Positions 1-10,056 of a stretch of 64,000 bases of DNA are shown here, piece by piece. The DNA is from a virus. The stretch's first letter is position 1, and every line of letters begins with the position of its first letter. Below the pieces are notes generated by a model. It did not search any database, was not told the DNA's origin, and was given only the letters and a program-made list of their open reading frames with translations. The stretch lies in the IMG/VR virus record IMGVR_UViG_3300015263_000627; one strand, written 5' to 3'. A program made the position numbers and the translations under genes.

Positions 1-1
1 C

Positions 2-8
2 CTAAATA
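2..8 (+). promoter_or_regulatory. T4-type late promoter candidate (CTAAATA)
   Basis: TAAATA core 28 nt upstream of the 1007-aa virion gene; the same core recurs before other late genes. Confidence 0.5.
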
Positions 9-35
9 TCATAGTAGTTAGCCTACGGGAACCCT

Positions 36-3000
36 ATGGAGAAAATAATGATAAATGGACCATTCACTCAACCTTTGGACAATATTGCCAAGGCTTATCA
101 AGAAATCCACAAAAAGACGATAGAAGATGCCGAAAAAGCGGAATCTGCCAAGGTTGAGGCTAATACTCAACCTTTGAAAGAAGGATTTGATGATTATAAC
201 GAAATCGCCAAGGAACTAATCAAACGTTCCAAAGGTAAAGTCACCAAAGAACATATCCGAGATTTGGAAGATGAGCGTGATTCCCGAGGCTCTTTGGATT
301 GGGATGAAGTTGCTCATCATATAAAAAAACATGGTGGAACTGTTGTTGAAGAAACCAAAAAGAAAGATAAAAAAAAGGTATGGAGTAAGGATGGCGACCC
401 CAAGGAATATGGGGTAGATAAAGAACGTGAATTGGCAAAGGAAGAAAAGATTGACGAAATCAGTGTTGCCGCTGAAAAGAATTATTATAAGAAAAGCCAT
501 GGTTGGATAAGCAAGAAAACCCGCGAATTGAATAAACGGGCTTATCATGCCATTTCGGCTGATGAAGTTCCTTCTAAAAAGGAACGGGATAAAGTCGAAC
601 AGCGAAAGAAAATCAGCAACAAAGTATATCACAAGTTGATGGATGAAACTCAGCTTGATGAAATTTCCAAAAGAGCTTTAACAACCTACATTGACAAATC
701 TGCTCAAGATTATAATTCTGCTAATAAAGAACGATATAATCAACTAACTTCATTCTATACAACGGCTGAAAAAAGACGCGATAAAAGATTGAAAGGAATT
801 GGAACAGCATTCAAAAAATTACAGAATAAAATTTATCATGCTGATGAAGAAACTCAATTTGAGGAAGGATTTGCTCCGGTAACAAAAGACCGTCGAGGAA
901 AATGGTGGGCTGTTGATGTTGAATCTGGTATGGAACATCATGGTCCTTTCGATACCGAAGATGAAGCTCATTCGGCTCATGAAAAATGGGAAGCTGGTAT
1001 TGCGCGTGAAGCTGAAAGAATGCGTAAAGCTTACATGTTGCAAAAATCCGGAAAAATGGATGAAGCAAAACGTCAATCAGTAATTGATGTATCCAGTGAA
1101 GATGCTGCTCGTTCTATTCGAGATGCAACCCGTAAGAATTACGAAACAGCATCTAAACAAAAATTCCGTACTGATGATGCATATGCCAATGCCTTCCTAT
1201 ATCCGAAAATCATTGGAAAATCAAAGGGATTGAAAATTCCGTTTATGTCCGAGGGTTTGAATGAAGCTCTTGATGTTCCGACTCCTTCCGCCGAAGAACT
1301 AGCCAAAAAATACAAACTATCTCTTGACCAAATCACCCAAATGATCAAGGTTGGAGCGGAAGTCGAGAAAGAACATACAACAACTGAAAAGAATGCCGAG
1401 GAAATTGCCCGTGACCATCTTGGCGAACGTCCTGATTATTATGACAAGTTGAAGAAAATGGAGGATTCTAAGGTTACTAAACCGGTCAAGGAAGAAACAC
1501 TTGATGAAATATCATTTGATAAACTGGATCGATATATGCCCAAAGCACAAAAAGAATTGCAAACATATGGAATGAATAAACCCGAAACCGATCTAAGCAT
1601 TTATGGTGACAGTAAAGCCGAGCAAGCAAGAGGGGCAGCTTATGAAAAGGATATTGATCGTCGCCGCCAAAATCGTAAATCAGGTCTAATGACAGCTTAT
1701 CTCAAGATGAAAGCCCGCGCCAAAATTCCAGCGACTTATAATGATGATGATTTGTATCAAAGGGAAGAAACCGAATTGAATGAACTAAATCGATCCACCC
1801 TTGCATCTTATATTCCTAAAGCATATGCTAGTGGTGTTGATTCAACAAGTGATGCCCAAGCTTATTATGTTGGATGGACTGATCCTGATAAACCAAGACA
1901 ACAACGTAATCTTTATCGAAAATCTATGGAAAAAAACTGGGACAAAGTTGGAAATCGAGCAAGGGGTGTTCGTCTTGCTACTAAAAAACTTCAAGACCCT
2001 AAGTATGGAAGATTTGCGACCACTATTGGATTTCAAGCACATCAAGCTGCTACAAAAGAAGAAACCGAATTGAATGAACTTCAATCCAAGGGTGAATTTC
2101 ATCAAAAATTTAAATATGGAGATTGGCCAAAACCCGAACCAGCACAACTTAGTCTTTTCAAAAAGAAAAGAAAGCCTTTGAATAAAAGACCGACTGAATA
2201 TAAGAAAAAAGAATACAAGAGTTTTCCAATTGAAGTTCAAAAGAAAGCAAAACTTGTTCACAAGATGATGGGACAACAAGCGGTTTCGAGATATGAACCT
2301 GCATATCGTGAAGGTTTGAAAGAAAAAATTGCAAAATCAAAACAACGCCAAACAAAATCAGCTAAAAATTTCAAACTATCCCAAACACAATGGATAAAAA
2401 TGAAGAATGAAGAAACTCAGCTTGATGAATTAAACCGCTCAACTCTTGCATCTTATATCAAGAAGGCTCATGTTAGTGGATTGAAAGCAGCAGCAGAAGG
2501 TGAAGAAGCATATCAAGATAATTATCATTATGGTCGTGGTTGGGATACATTTCTCAAAAAAATGTATAAAGCAAATGCCGTTGGGGAAAAGCGTGAACGT
2601 GGTATCAACCTTGCGGCTAAAAAACTTCAAGACCATAAGTATGGAAGATTTGCAACTACTATTGGATTTCAAGCACACCAAGCTGCTGCCCATCGAAACG
2701 AAGAAACCATAAATGAAGGAAAATTACGTCCGCGTAAGATTTCCAGCATTATGAATGACAAACGTGATTGGCAAGGTAATTCCGAAAGAGCAAGGGGAAA
2801 TCCTGAATATCCAGCGGTTTGGCCAAAATATGATGAAAAGAATATTGGGGGCGGGGTCCTTCGCACAACTCATATTCCCAAGGAAAAAGTTGCGGAATAT
2901 GAAAAGGATGTTGTCAAAAAAGGTGTAGCGGCTGGCAAATTCCTGAAACAACAACGCAAGGATTGGCTTGCTAAGAAAAAAGGTGAACGTGAAAAGGTTA

Positions 3001-3059
3001 AGATAAAGAATTTGGGGGTAGCTTGGGGATTTAACCCGGGCACCATGGGAGTCACCTGA
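36..3059 (+). CDS. Large virion/internal head protein built of protease-cleavable modules
   Basis: 1007 aa, K/R/E-rich, about 10 EETxL(D/N)E-type motifs resembling T4 gp21 cleavage sites; late-promoter context. Confidence 0.6.
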   Translation: MEKIMINGPFTQPLDNIAKAYQEIHKKTIEDAEKAESAKVEANTQPLKEGFDDYNEIAKELIKRSKGKVTKEHIRDLEDERDSRGSLDWDEVAHHIKKHGGTVVEETKKKDKKKVWSKDGDPKEYGVDKERELAKEEKIDEISVAAEKNYYKKSHGWISKKTRELNKRAYHAISADEVPSKKERDKVEQRKKISNKVYHKLMDETQLDEISKRALTTYIDKSAQDYNSANKERYNQLTSFYTTAEKRRDKRLKGIGTAFKKLQNKIYHADEETQFEEGFAPVTKDRRGKWWAVDVESGMEHHGPFDTEDEAHSAHEKWEAGIAREAERMRKAYMLQKSGKMDEAKRQSVIDVSSEDAARSIRDATRKNYETASKQKFRTDDAYANAFLYPKIIGKSKGLKIPFMSEGLNEALDVPTPSAEELAKKYKLSLDQITQMIKVGAEVEKEHTTTEKNAEEIARDHLGERPDYYDKLKKMEDSKVTKPVKEETLDEISFDKLDRYMPKAQKELQTYGMNKPETDLSIYGDSKAEQARGAAYEKDIDRRRQNRKSGLMTAYLKMKARAKIPATYNDDDLYQREETELNELNRSTLASYIPKAYASGVDSTSDAQAYYVGWTDPDKPRQQRNLYRKSMEKNWDKVGNRARGVRLATKKLQDPKYGRFATTIGFQAHQAATKEETELNELQSKGEFHQKFKYGDWPKPEPAQLSLFKKKRKPLNKRPTEYKKKEYKSFPIEVQKKAKLVHKMMGQQAVSRYEPAYREGLKEKIAKSKQRQTKSAKNFKLSQTQWIKMKNEETQLDELNRSTLASYIKKAHVSGLKAAAEGEEAYQDNYHYGRGWDTFLKKMYKANAVGEKRERGINLAAKKLQDHKYGRFATTIGFQAHQAAAHRNEETINEGKLRPRKISSIMNDKRDWQGNSERARGNPEYPAVWPKYDEKNIGGGVLRTTHIPKEKVAEYEKDVVKKGVAAGKFLKQQRKDWLAKKKGEREKVKIKNLGVAWGFNPGTMGVT

Positions 3060-3084
3060 AACCGAAAACCTACGGGGAACCGGG

Positions 3085-3654
3085 ATGAGTAAACTATCAA
3101 CCGACAAAATACGCTATCTAGCGGCTCTTGGTCTTGCAGGCGATCAAGTCCATATCGGCTATTATGTCGCCGCTATGGAAAATCCATACGAAACGGTGCG
3201 TGATTCATTCCGTCGTGAATATGCCGCCGATGTTCTCAATAAATTGCTCGATATTGCAGCCGAAGATCAGCTTGTCTATGACCATATTGTATCCAATCTG
3301 ACCAAAGGAAATCCCAACCGTGAACGAGGACGCCCATGGATCAGTGATAGGGCTATGGAAGCTATCGAGGACAAAGCGGTTGAAAGTGGTATTCCGGTTC
3401 CGATATTGCTTGAGTTATATAATCGAGGGTATAACCAACCGCCCAAAATTCACTTAACTAAGGAAAATCAGGCATTCAATTGTATCAATAGCTATATTGC
3501 CAAGGGAAAAGCATGGCGCGACAATCCGGATTTACGATTGGATGGCACTGATTCCCTTCGCCAAATCTATTCCAATGATACCCCCGGGGAGCCTAATAGT
3601 CTAAATACTAAGAAATCGACTATTGATACTATCAAAAGGATTGTGAAAAAATGA
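3085..3654 (+). CDS. Hypothetical (probable virion) protein
   Basis: 189-aa ORF coupled between two virion-type genes. Confidence 0.55.
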   Translation: MSKLSTDKIRYLAALGLAGDQVHIGYYVAAMENPYETVRDSFRREYAADVLNKLLDIAAEDQLVYDHIVSNLTKGNPNRERGRPWISDRAMEAIEDKAVESGIPVPILLELYNRGYNQPPKIHLTKENQAFNCINSYIAKGKAWRDNPDLRLDGTDSLRQIYSNDTPGEPNSLNTKKSTIDTIKRIVKK

Positions 3655-6074
3655 CTAGACCTTTTCAAAGTCTTGAATCTGTTATTCGAGAACATCTAGC
3701 AAGAAAGGACCTTCATGAAGCTGACAATGTGGGGGAACGGGGAGTTATTGCATCCACCGATACACAAAATGTTTCTACGCCGACTGAAACCGCGCCTGAT
3801 AAAAAGAACAAAAAGAAAAAAGAAGACGCAATTCAGAATGATCCCAACACAATTGAAATAGGAAAAACATCACCAATTGATTTAGCTCCAACAACTGACG
3901 ATCCCAAGATCACTGATTTGGTTGATAAAAAAGACAAGAAAATAGTTGAAGAAAAAGAAAAAACTTTGGGTAAGGGCATTCATTATCGTAATTATCATAA
4001 TCATATTCGTAAAGAAGTAATGAGAATTTTATCAGCTAATCAAAATTTAGCGGATAAACACGAAATAAGACCAAGAGGGGACCAAAAAAATGAAGAAAAG
4101 ACTTCGCAAATTATGGACCAAAGCAAAAAGATTCTTACCCAAGAAATCCAAGAAACGCCCATCATCGATCAAAATCGAAATGCCGAAGAAAAAATTTCGC
4201 ATTTAGATGAACGTAAAGACCAAACTGCCGAAGATGAACGTGTTTCAATGTATCATCGTGCCGGAAACGCCGAAGCCACTAAGAAACACCGAAAAGAAAA
4301 GATAGTTCATCGAACCCGACAAACTATCAACGGAATACGTTTGCGTCAAAGAAAGATCAAGGAAGAAACCATTGATGAAACAAGTGATGTAGCGTTGAAA
4401 CGTTATAGACTTGCCCTTGCGCGAAGGCTTGGAATACCGGAAAATAAAATCCCCAAAATGAAAGGGGAATACAAAGATCATGAACATATTCCAATTGCTC
4501 CAACCCCATTGCTTGATAAAGGAAAATATCAACGAGTAGATTCGCATGGTGTTGTGCGTGAGGATACATTTGATCCATTTGCTGCTACTGGACAGTTGAT
4601 TTCAAATATTATCAAAACAATTGCTCAAGCAAGAATGACACATAATAAACGAGCTAAAAACTCGCAATATAAAAATCATCCCCATCAAACTCAAAAAGCT
4701 CCTCCACCAGCTTCGGTTCCTCCGATACAGTCGGTCCAAAAACCTCCTCCGACACAATCAGCGTTGCCTCCACAATCGGGACAACCATCTGTGCAAGCCC
4801 CGGCTCCAAAACCAAAGAAACCAAAGTCTCCAACAGTATCTTATAAGATTGGACAAAAATGGAAACCGGCTCGACAAAAATTTAGAAACAAAGCCGAAGC
4901 TAATGCATTTATTCTATCAGCACTCAAAAGCAAGGGAGCAGGCTCCGGAGTTACATGGCGAATCAACGAAGGAATGATGAAGCGTTGGTTGATGGATATG
5001 GAATACCATGCCGATACTGTTCTACAAGCCAAGAAAGGTGACCGCAAAGCTGCTAAACAGGAATTTTTGAAGAAATTCCCCAACCAAGGTCATGTATTCG
5101 ATAATCATATGAAAGCTAATGATGAATACAATAGCGGACAGCAACAAGAAGAAACCATCAATGAACTTTATGGAAAAGGAACAGATTTATTCAATATTTA
5201 TCGTCACTGGAAAGATGAAGCTGAGAATGACGAAACAAAAACTAGTGCCGAAGCTAGAACAAAAACAAATAGAGCAGCTAATCTTATAAATCGTGGTAGA
5301 AATTACAAGAATTGGAAAAAGAATGTAGCTTCAACTTCTAAAAAGTTTTATCAACAAGATTTAGAACGTAATAAAAAGGAAATGTCCGAAGAAACTATCA
5401 ATGAAATCTCCAAAAGGAGAGCCTTGGATTATATTGGGGGAGCCGTTGGATCAGTTGCCAATAAAAACATGAATTTGGGATATGAAATTGGTATTGGTAA
5501 AAAGGACGAAAAACGTTCCGAAAAAACCCGTAAACTAGGAAATAGGCAAGCATATATATCAATAGCAGCAAATAAGCTTGCTAAAAAGTGGGTCCGGGTT
5601 CCGGCAACCGAAGAAGTTGTTATGGAAGCAAAAAGAGCCGGTCTAACCCCGCGCGATACCGGCGATCAGCATATCATTAACCAACTAAGAACAGCCCAAG
5701 ATTTTGGTACTCATTCCCTTCGATTCAAGGATAATTCAACCCTTGACGTTGATCGAGCAACGGCTGACAAGATTTTGGACAAATATGAGGGATTGCGAAC
5801 CTCTATTGACAAAGAATCCATGACCAATAGGCTATGGGCTTCGAAGCAATCCTTTAACGATTATATGAGTGGAAAGCCGGAAACTGTCCAAAAATCCGGA
5901 CCTTCCATGCCGTTTGGATTTGTTCCCAAGGGTCTAAAAGCCGGTAAAACCGGAGCATCTCGTAATCCAAGTCCTCTTGACCATAAAATAGCCAAGCCTT
6001 TTAGCTCAAAAGAGCTTGAAGATAAGGGAATCAAGTATCGAGAAGGGGAAAAGGACCCGAAATTTTGGACATAA
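3651..6074 (+). CDS. Large virion/internal head protein with cleavage-motif modules
   Basis: 807 aa with EETIDE, EETINE (x2), RINE and VVME motifs, plus a Pro/Gln-rich linker. Confidence 0.55.
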   Translation: MTRPFQSLESVIREHLARKDLHEADNVGERGVIASTDTQNVSTPTETAPDKKNKKKKEDAIQNDPNTIEIGKTSPIDLAPTTDDPKITDLVDKKDKKIVEEKEKTLGKGIHYRNYHNHIRKEVMRILSANQNLADKHEIRPRGDQKNEEKTSQIMDQSKKILTQEIQETPIIDQNRNAEEKISHLDERKDQTAEDERVSMYHRAGNAEATKKHRKEKIVHRTRQTINGIRLRQRKIKEETIDETSDVALKRYRLALARRLGIPENKIPKMKGEYKDHEHIPIAPTPLLDKGKYQRVDSHGVVREDTFDPFAATGQLISNIIKTIAQARMTHNKRAKNSQYKNHPHQTQKAPPPASVPPIQSVQKPPPTQSALPPQSGQPSVQAPAPKPKKPKSPTVSYKIGQKWKPARQKFRNKAEANAFILSALKSKGAGSGVTWRINEGMMKRWLMDMEYHADTVLQAKKGDRKAAKQEFLKKFPNQGHVFDNHMKANDEYNSGQQQEETINELYGKGTDLFNIYRHWKDEAENDETKTSAEARTKTNRAANLINRGRNYKNWKKNVASTSKKFYQQDLERNKKEMSEETINEISKRRALDYIGGAVGSVANKNMNLGYEIGIGKKDEKRSEKTRKLGNRQAYISIAANKLAKKWVRVPATEEVVMEAKRAGLTPRDTGDQHIINQLRTAQDFGTHSLRFKDNSTLDVDRATADKILDKYEGLRTSIDKESMTNRLWASKQSFNDYMSGKPETVQKSGPSMPFGFVPKGLKAGKTGASRNPSPLDHKIAKPFSSKELEDKGIKYREGEKDPKFWT

Positions 6075-6088
6075 CAACAAAAAAATTT

Positions 6089-6096
6089 GATAAATA
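6089..6096 (+). promoter_or_regulatory. Late promoter candidate (GATAAATA)
   Basis: ATAAATA core upstream of RBS AGGAG and gene 6121. Confidence 0.55.
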
Positions 6097-6120
6097 TAAT
6101 ATAAACTAAGGAGAATAAAC

Positions 6121-6969
6121 ATGGCACAATGGGGAAATACTGACGTTGTATCTAATTCCGTGACTTGGGCGGCTGAAACTATTCAGGCTGGTAGCGGAAA
6201 AACTGCGATTGCAGCTAATAATACAGCTTTATACCAAAATACCACACCCAATGCATTCGTTGCAGGATTGACCATTGGTCAGTTTGGAGCTTCCAAGACT
6301 GAAATGAAGGTGACTTCCGGGGAAGGTCCCAAGGTCCATGCTCCGGGTTGGCAACTACGCCGAGTTGGTCAGGGACCGCTTATTGGTCTTACTGTTTCGG
6401 ATGGATCGAATTTCGTCAACGGGGAAACTCTTATAGTCAGTGGCGGAACAGTCAATGCTACTTTGGTTCTAACCACCAACGCAACAGGCAATCTTGTTTC
6501 GGCAACGCCGATTGGTGGCGGTGTCTTTGATGCTGATGCAACTTTAGTTTACACTTACACCCATGAAAAGCATTTGGAAGATTTGACCGTTACGGGTGGA
6601 ACAACCGCTTATAACAACACCGATTACATTGTTGTATCAAATGGTATTGCTGATGCATACTCTACCGTAGTGACTAACGCAACCGGTTACATGACCAATA
6701 CAACTCTTACAGGATTGATTACCAATCCGGGATTGTTTGGAAACACCGAAGCTAATACTGATGTTGTCATTACTGTTTATGCGGCAAATGGTGCAGCATC
6801 GAATGGTACAGGCGCAACATTGGTTGCTAACCTTGCAGCATCTTCGGGAGGAACCAATACGGCTCCGATCCTTGGTGGTCGCGCTGGTCGTGTTACCTAT
6901 GAAGCGTTGGCAGTTGTAAAGAAGATTTCGGACGGCGTAGCTGATGATGCAATTCTTCCTAACTCTTAA
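6121..6969 (+). CDS. Virion structural protein (Thr/Gly/Asn/Ala-rich)
   Basis: MAQWGNTD N-terminus typical of T4-like structural hypotheticals; strong RBS. Confidence 0.6.
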   Translation: MAQWGNTDVVSNSVTWAAETIQAGSGKTAIAANNTALYQNTTPNAFVAGLTIGQFGASKTEMKVTSGEGPKVHAPGWQLRRVGQGPLIGLTVSDGSNFVNGETLIVSGGTVNATLVLTTNATGNLVSATPIGGGVFDADATLVYTYTHEKHLEDLTVTGGTTAYNNTDYIVVSNGIADAYSTVVTNATGYMTNTTLTGLITNPGLFGNTEANTDVVITVYAANGAASNGTGATLVANLAASSGGTNTAPILGGRAGRVTYEALAVVKKISDGVADDAILPNS

Positions 6970-6984
6970 TAGGAAGGATATATT

Positions 6985-7275
6985 ATGACTGAACAAAGTC
7001 AGACCGTTCTGGAATTACCAACCAAATCGTCGGCTAATTCAACCGACAAGATTCTGATTATTTCCGATGCAGCCAGTGCCAATGGCGGTAACGTAGCTCT
7101 TATTCTCGTCAGTAATCTTTTTGGTAATTCTAATGCTGTTCCGGTAGGTCAAGATAATCCAGCTAATTCCTCCAGTTGGACCGGACCTTCCGGAACAGTT
7201 TTTTTCAGCAATACTTATGGCTATGTTGCAATAGCTAACAATACACTTCGGAGATTTGCAATCGAAGATTTCTAA
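6985..7275 (+). CDS. Hypothetical structural protein
   Basis: 96-aa ORF with RBS GGAAGGA. Confidence 0.55.
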   Translation: MTEQSQTVLELPTKSSANSTDKILIISDAASANGGNVALILVSNLFGNSNAVPVGQDNPANSSSWTGPSGTVFFSNTYGYVAIANNTLRRFAIEDF

Positions 7276-7290
7276 TTATGACGGGTTATA

Positions 7291-7680
7291 ATGTTACAAG
7301 TGCTTAATGATAAAAATTTCCTCATATATTGTGCTTCAGTTTATGACAATCCCAATTGTCGAGACACGAAGGAGTTTCTTGAGGACCTGCAAAGGATCAA
7401 ATATATCAAAAAGTTAATAACTCGTTATGTGGAATCCGGAAATCTCAAGGAAAGGTTAATTCTTAATCATCTCATCGTTCTTTCCAATGTTTTTCCCGCT
7501 GAAGCTCTTGCCCGTATATTATATCTGAAAATGGAGGCTCAAATGCCTTATTTGAAGCCTTTTTTAGTAATGATGGGTCTTTTACCCCGGTTTATCTATA
7601 ATATTGGGGAGATAAATAGAATAGACACCGATTTAATATTGCTTGATAAAGGAATCGTTGAACGATTGAGAAAGATATGA
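7291..7680 (+). CDS. Conserved T4-like-phage hypothetical protein
   Basis: NFLIYCASVYDNPNC...EFLEDLQRIKYIK...LKERLILNHLI pattern recalled from large T4-like phages. Confidence 0.65.
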   Translation: MLQVLNDKNFLIYCASVYDNPNCRDTKEFLEDLQRIKYIKKLITRYVESGNLKERLILNHLIVLSNVFPAEALARILYLKMEAQMPYLKPFLVMMGLLPRFIYNIGEINRIDTDLILLDKGIVERLRKI

Positions 7681-7868
7681 ATAGGAAACATATAGTCGAA
7701 AATGTCCCAACTAACTCTATGGGGTTGTCGAGTGCAACCCCCGGCTCCGGTCCTATTGATACCTTCAATCCCATTCTCAATCGTAATAAAGTTATACGCC
7801 GGTTCATGACTGTTTGGAAAAAAAGAAAGGAAAAGAATAGTCATGACCATAGTAAAGAGTCCTCCTAA
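7677..7868 (+). CDS. Small hypothetical protein
   Basis: ATGA overlap with upstream stop; 63 aa. Confidence 0.45.
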   Translation: MNRKHIVENVPTNSMGLSSATPGSGPIDTFNPILNRNKVIRRFMTVWKKRKEKNSHDHSKESS

Positions 7869-8370
7869 CAACAACGGAAACGGTAACGGGGCTACCGCCT
7901 ACTATCATTACCTAAGCTGGCAAAATGTCGTTGCTACAGCTACCTTGATTCTGTTGATTGGGGGAGCTTTTTGGGCATTGGCATATAATCCAATTCAAAA
8001 CGATATCAAGGACCTGAAGTCAATAGTCAATGAAATACGAAGATCAGATGTCGAGAATTATGAAAAATTACGAAATGAAATAGGTGGTCATTCTAAAATT
8101 GACGAAAGCATTTATGTGACAAACAAAGAATATAAAGAATTTCGAGAACGTCAAGCAAAAACAAATGATGAAGTTTCCAAATTACTTGAACATATGGAAA
8201 ATCGCCTAGATGCTTTACATAATCAACAGCAGGTATTGATTGAATTTAAGAATAATCTTGTTGCTGATTTGGTAAGACTAAAAAATCGAGTTCTATATAT
8301 TGAACGTATTGTCTTAAGATATGTTGGACCAAAACACAATGATGTCACTATTCCTCCACCCGAAAAGTAA
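7843..8370 (+). CDS. Membrane-anchored coiled-coil protein
   Basis: One hydrophobic segment (VVATATLILLIGGAFWALAY) followed by a heptad-like region. Confidence 0.55.
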   Translation: MTIVKSPPNNNGNGNGATAYYHYLSWQNVVATATLILLIGGAFWALAYNPIQNDIKDLKSIVNEIRRSDVENYEKLRNEIGGHSKIDESIYVTNKEYKEFRERQAKTNDEVSKLLEHMENRLDALHNQQQVLIEFKNNLVADLVRLKNRVLYIERIVLRYVGPKHNDVTIPPPEK

Positions 8371-8599
8371 TATCATAAAAGTTCCTTGTTTTGTAAACGT
8401 CATTTATTATCGACCACAATCTTTATTACTTCAACAATTTGGTTGGGAAACCTTGGATGAACCCCCGAGATATCCCCGTATTATAAAATTCTTCAATTAC
8501 TGGCATCATAATATTCATGCTGTAATACAAGAAGCAACTATTACCGAGAGAAATAACTCCAAAATTATAAACGTGGATCGTCTTATCAAGTTATCATAA
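8342..8599 (+). CDS. Usg-family-like protein
   Basis: IYYRP..LLLQQFGWETLD.PPRYPRIIKFFNYW..NI.A.IQE resembles the alphaproteobacterial Usg pattern. Confidence 0.5.
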   Translation: MSLFLHPKSNIIKVPCFVNVIYYRPQSLLLQQFGWETLDEPPRYPRIIKFFNYWHHNIHAVIQEATITERNNSKIINVDRLIKLS

Positions 8600-8612
8600 C
8601 AAAAGATTCCAC

Positions 8613-8640
8613 TTGACAAGTTTTTGAGGTGTGTTATACT
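8613..8640 (+). promoter_or_regulatory. Sigma70-type promoter
   Basis: TTGACA-16-TATACT upstream of primase. Confidence 0.6.
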
Positions 8641-8704
8641 CAATTCTGTGAAAAATATAGTAATAAAGACATTGTAAATCATTACCTACTAGATGTAGTA
8701 TAAC

Positions 8705-9721
8705 ATGTATATTGAAAAAAAGTATATATCATTCCTATCCAGCCGTTTATTGAAATTTAAATGGAAATCCGGTATATTAGCCAATTGTCGTTGTCCTTTT
8801 TGTGGTGATTCCAAGACTAATCCCAATAAAGCTAGGTTCTATTTTTATACTCGATCCAATAAATGGTTCACAGTATGTCATAATTGTTCCTATAGTGCTA
8901 CTTTTCCAAAATTTCTCAAAAAAATTGATGAAAAGCTTTATTCCGAATATATCATTGAGGTTTTGAGTGATAATAAGCCTATTATTGAAGATTCTCAATT
9001 TGTTGATGAATTACGCTTTGATAATGAAGATGCATTCAAGACTTTTATAAAACTTGACAAGATATCTTCCTTACCCTTGTATCATCCTGCCAAGAAATAT
9101 GTGGATTCTCGTAAAATCCCCAATCCTTATCATGCTATATTCAGATGGTGTCCTAATTTCATGGAATGGAGCAATAAAAGAATACCGGGAAAATTCAAAC
9201 CAGAAGCCCTTGAGCATGATGAAGGAAGAATATTAATCCCATTCTTTAATAAAAACAACCATTTTTTTGCTTATACAGGACGATCATTATCTCCAATAGC
9301 CGAGGTCCGCTATATCACTATTGTTTTAAATTCCAAGGAATTATTGTTATGGGGAGCGAATAAAATCGACTATGAACGCCCAATCAAGGTAACCGAAGGT
9401 CCTATCGATGCTACATTTTTGAATAATTGTATTGCTTTAGCGGGAAATAGCATTTCTTCCTTGACAAATCTAGCCGAACGTGATAGATTCATTATAGTTC
9501 TGGATAATGAACCCCACTCAAAAGAGGCGAAGAAAAAATTCTCGCGGGCAATTGACCAAGGTTTTAAAGTTGTCCTTTTTCCCAATAATATAAAGGAAAA
9601 AGATATAAATGCCATGGTATTAGCAGGATATTCACCGGATTATCTGGAATATGTTATCAACAACAATATCTATTCGGATATTGAAGCTCGAATGAAACTA
9701 GAGGAATGGTCTAAACGATGA
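8705..9721 (+). CDS. 61: DNA primase (T4 gp61-like)
   Basis: Zn finger CRCPFCGDS...CHNC; TOPRIM EGPIDA and DNE motifs. Confidence 0.92.
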   Translation: MYIEKKYISFLSSRLLKFKWKSGILANCRCPFCGDSKTNPNKARFYFYTRSNKWFTVCHNCSYSATFPKFLKKIDEKLYSEYIIEVLSDNKPIIEDSQFVDELRFDNEDAFKTFIKLDKISSLPLYHPAKKYVDSRKIPNPYHAIFRWCPNFMEWSNKRIPGKFKPEALEHDEGRILIPFFNKNNHFFAYTGRSLSPIAEVRYITIVLNSKELLLWGANKIDYERPIKVTEGPIDATFLNNCIALAGNSISSLTNLAERDRFIIVLDNEPHSKEAKKKFSRAIDQGFKVVLFPNNIKEKDINAMVLAGYSPDYLEYVINNNIYSDIEARMKLEEWSKR

Positions 9722-10056
9722 AAGTAGAATTGGAATTTAAACCCGTAACATCTGATCCCCTTCCCACTGTTATAATGGACCTTGATAAAGTTTTCTTTCA
9801 TTATCCGCTTATATGGTCGATAATAGTAAGTTTCTTTTCGGCTGTAATATTTGGAATATTTGTTCTTCCAATTATTCAGCTTGGCTGGTTACAAGGATTA
9901 TTGTTACTTGGAGGAACTTTTGGTTCCTTTGGATTAATACTTGTTGTTGCTTATTTTTTGGGAGAATATATCACCAAAGATACCAATGTATTCAAGGTAA
10001 TGTATCGGTCATGGAAAGAAAATTGGTGCGCTCCCGTGGAGTTTACCAATGACTGA
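9718..10056 (+). CDS. Membrane protein
   Basis: Two hydrophobic helices; coupled to primase stop. Confidence 0.55.
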   Translation: MKVELEFKPVTSDPLPTVIMDLDKVFFHYPLIWSIIVSFFSAVIFGIFVLPIIQLGWLQGLLLLGGTFGSFGLILVVAYFLGEYITKDTNVFKVMYRSWKENWCAPVEFTND

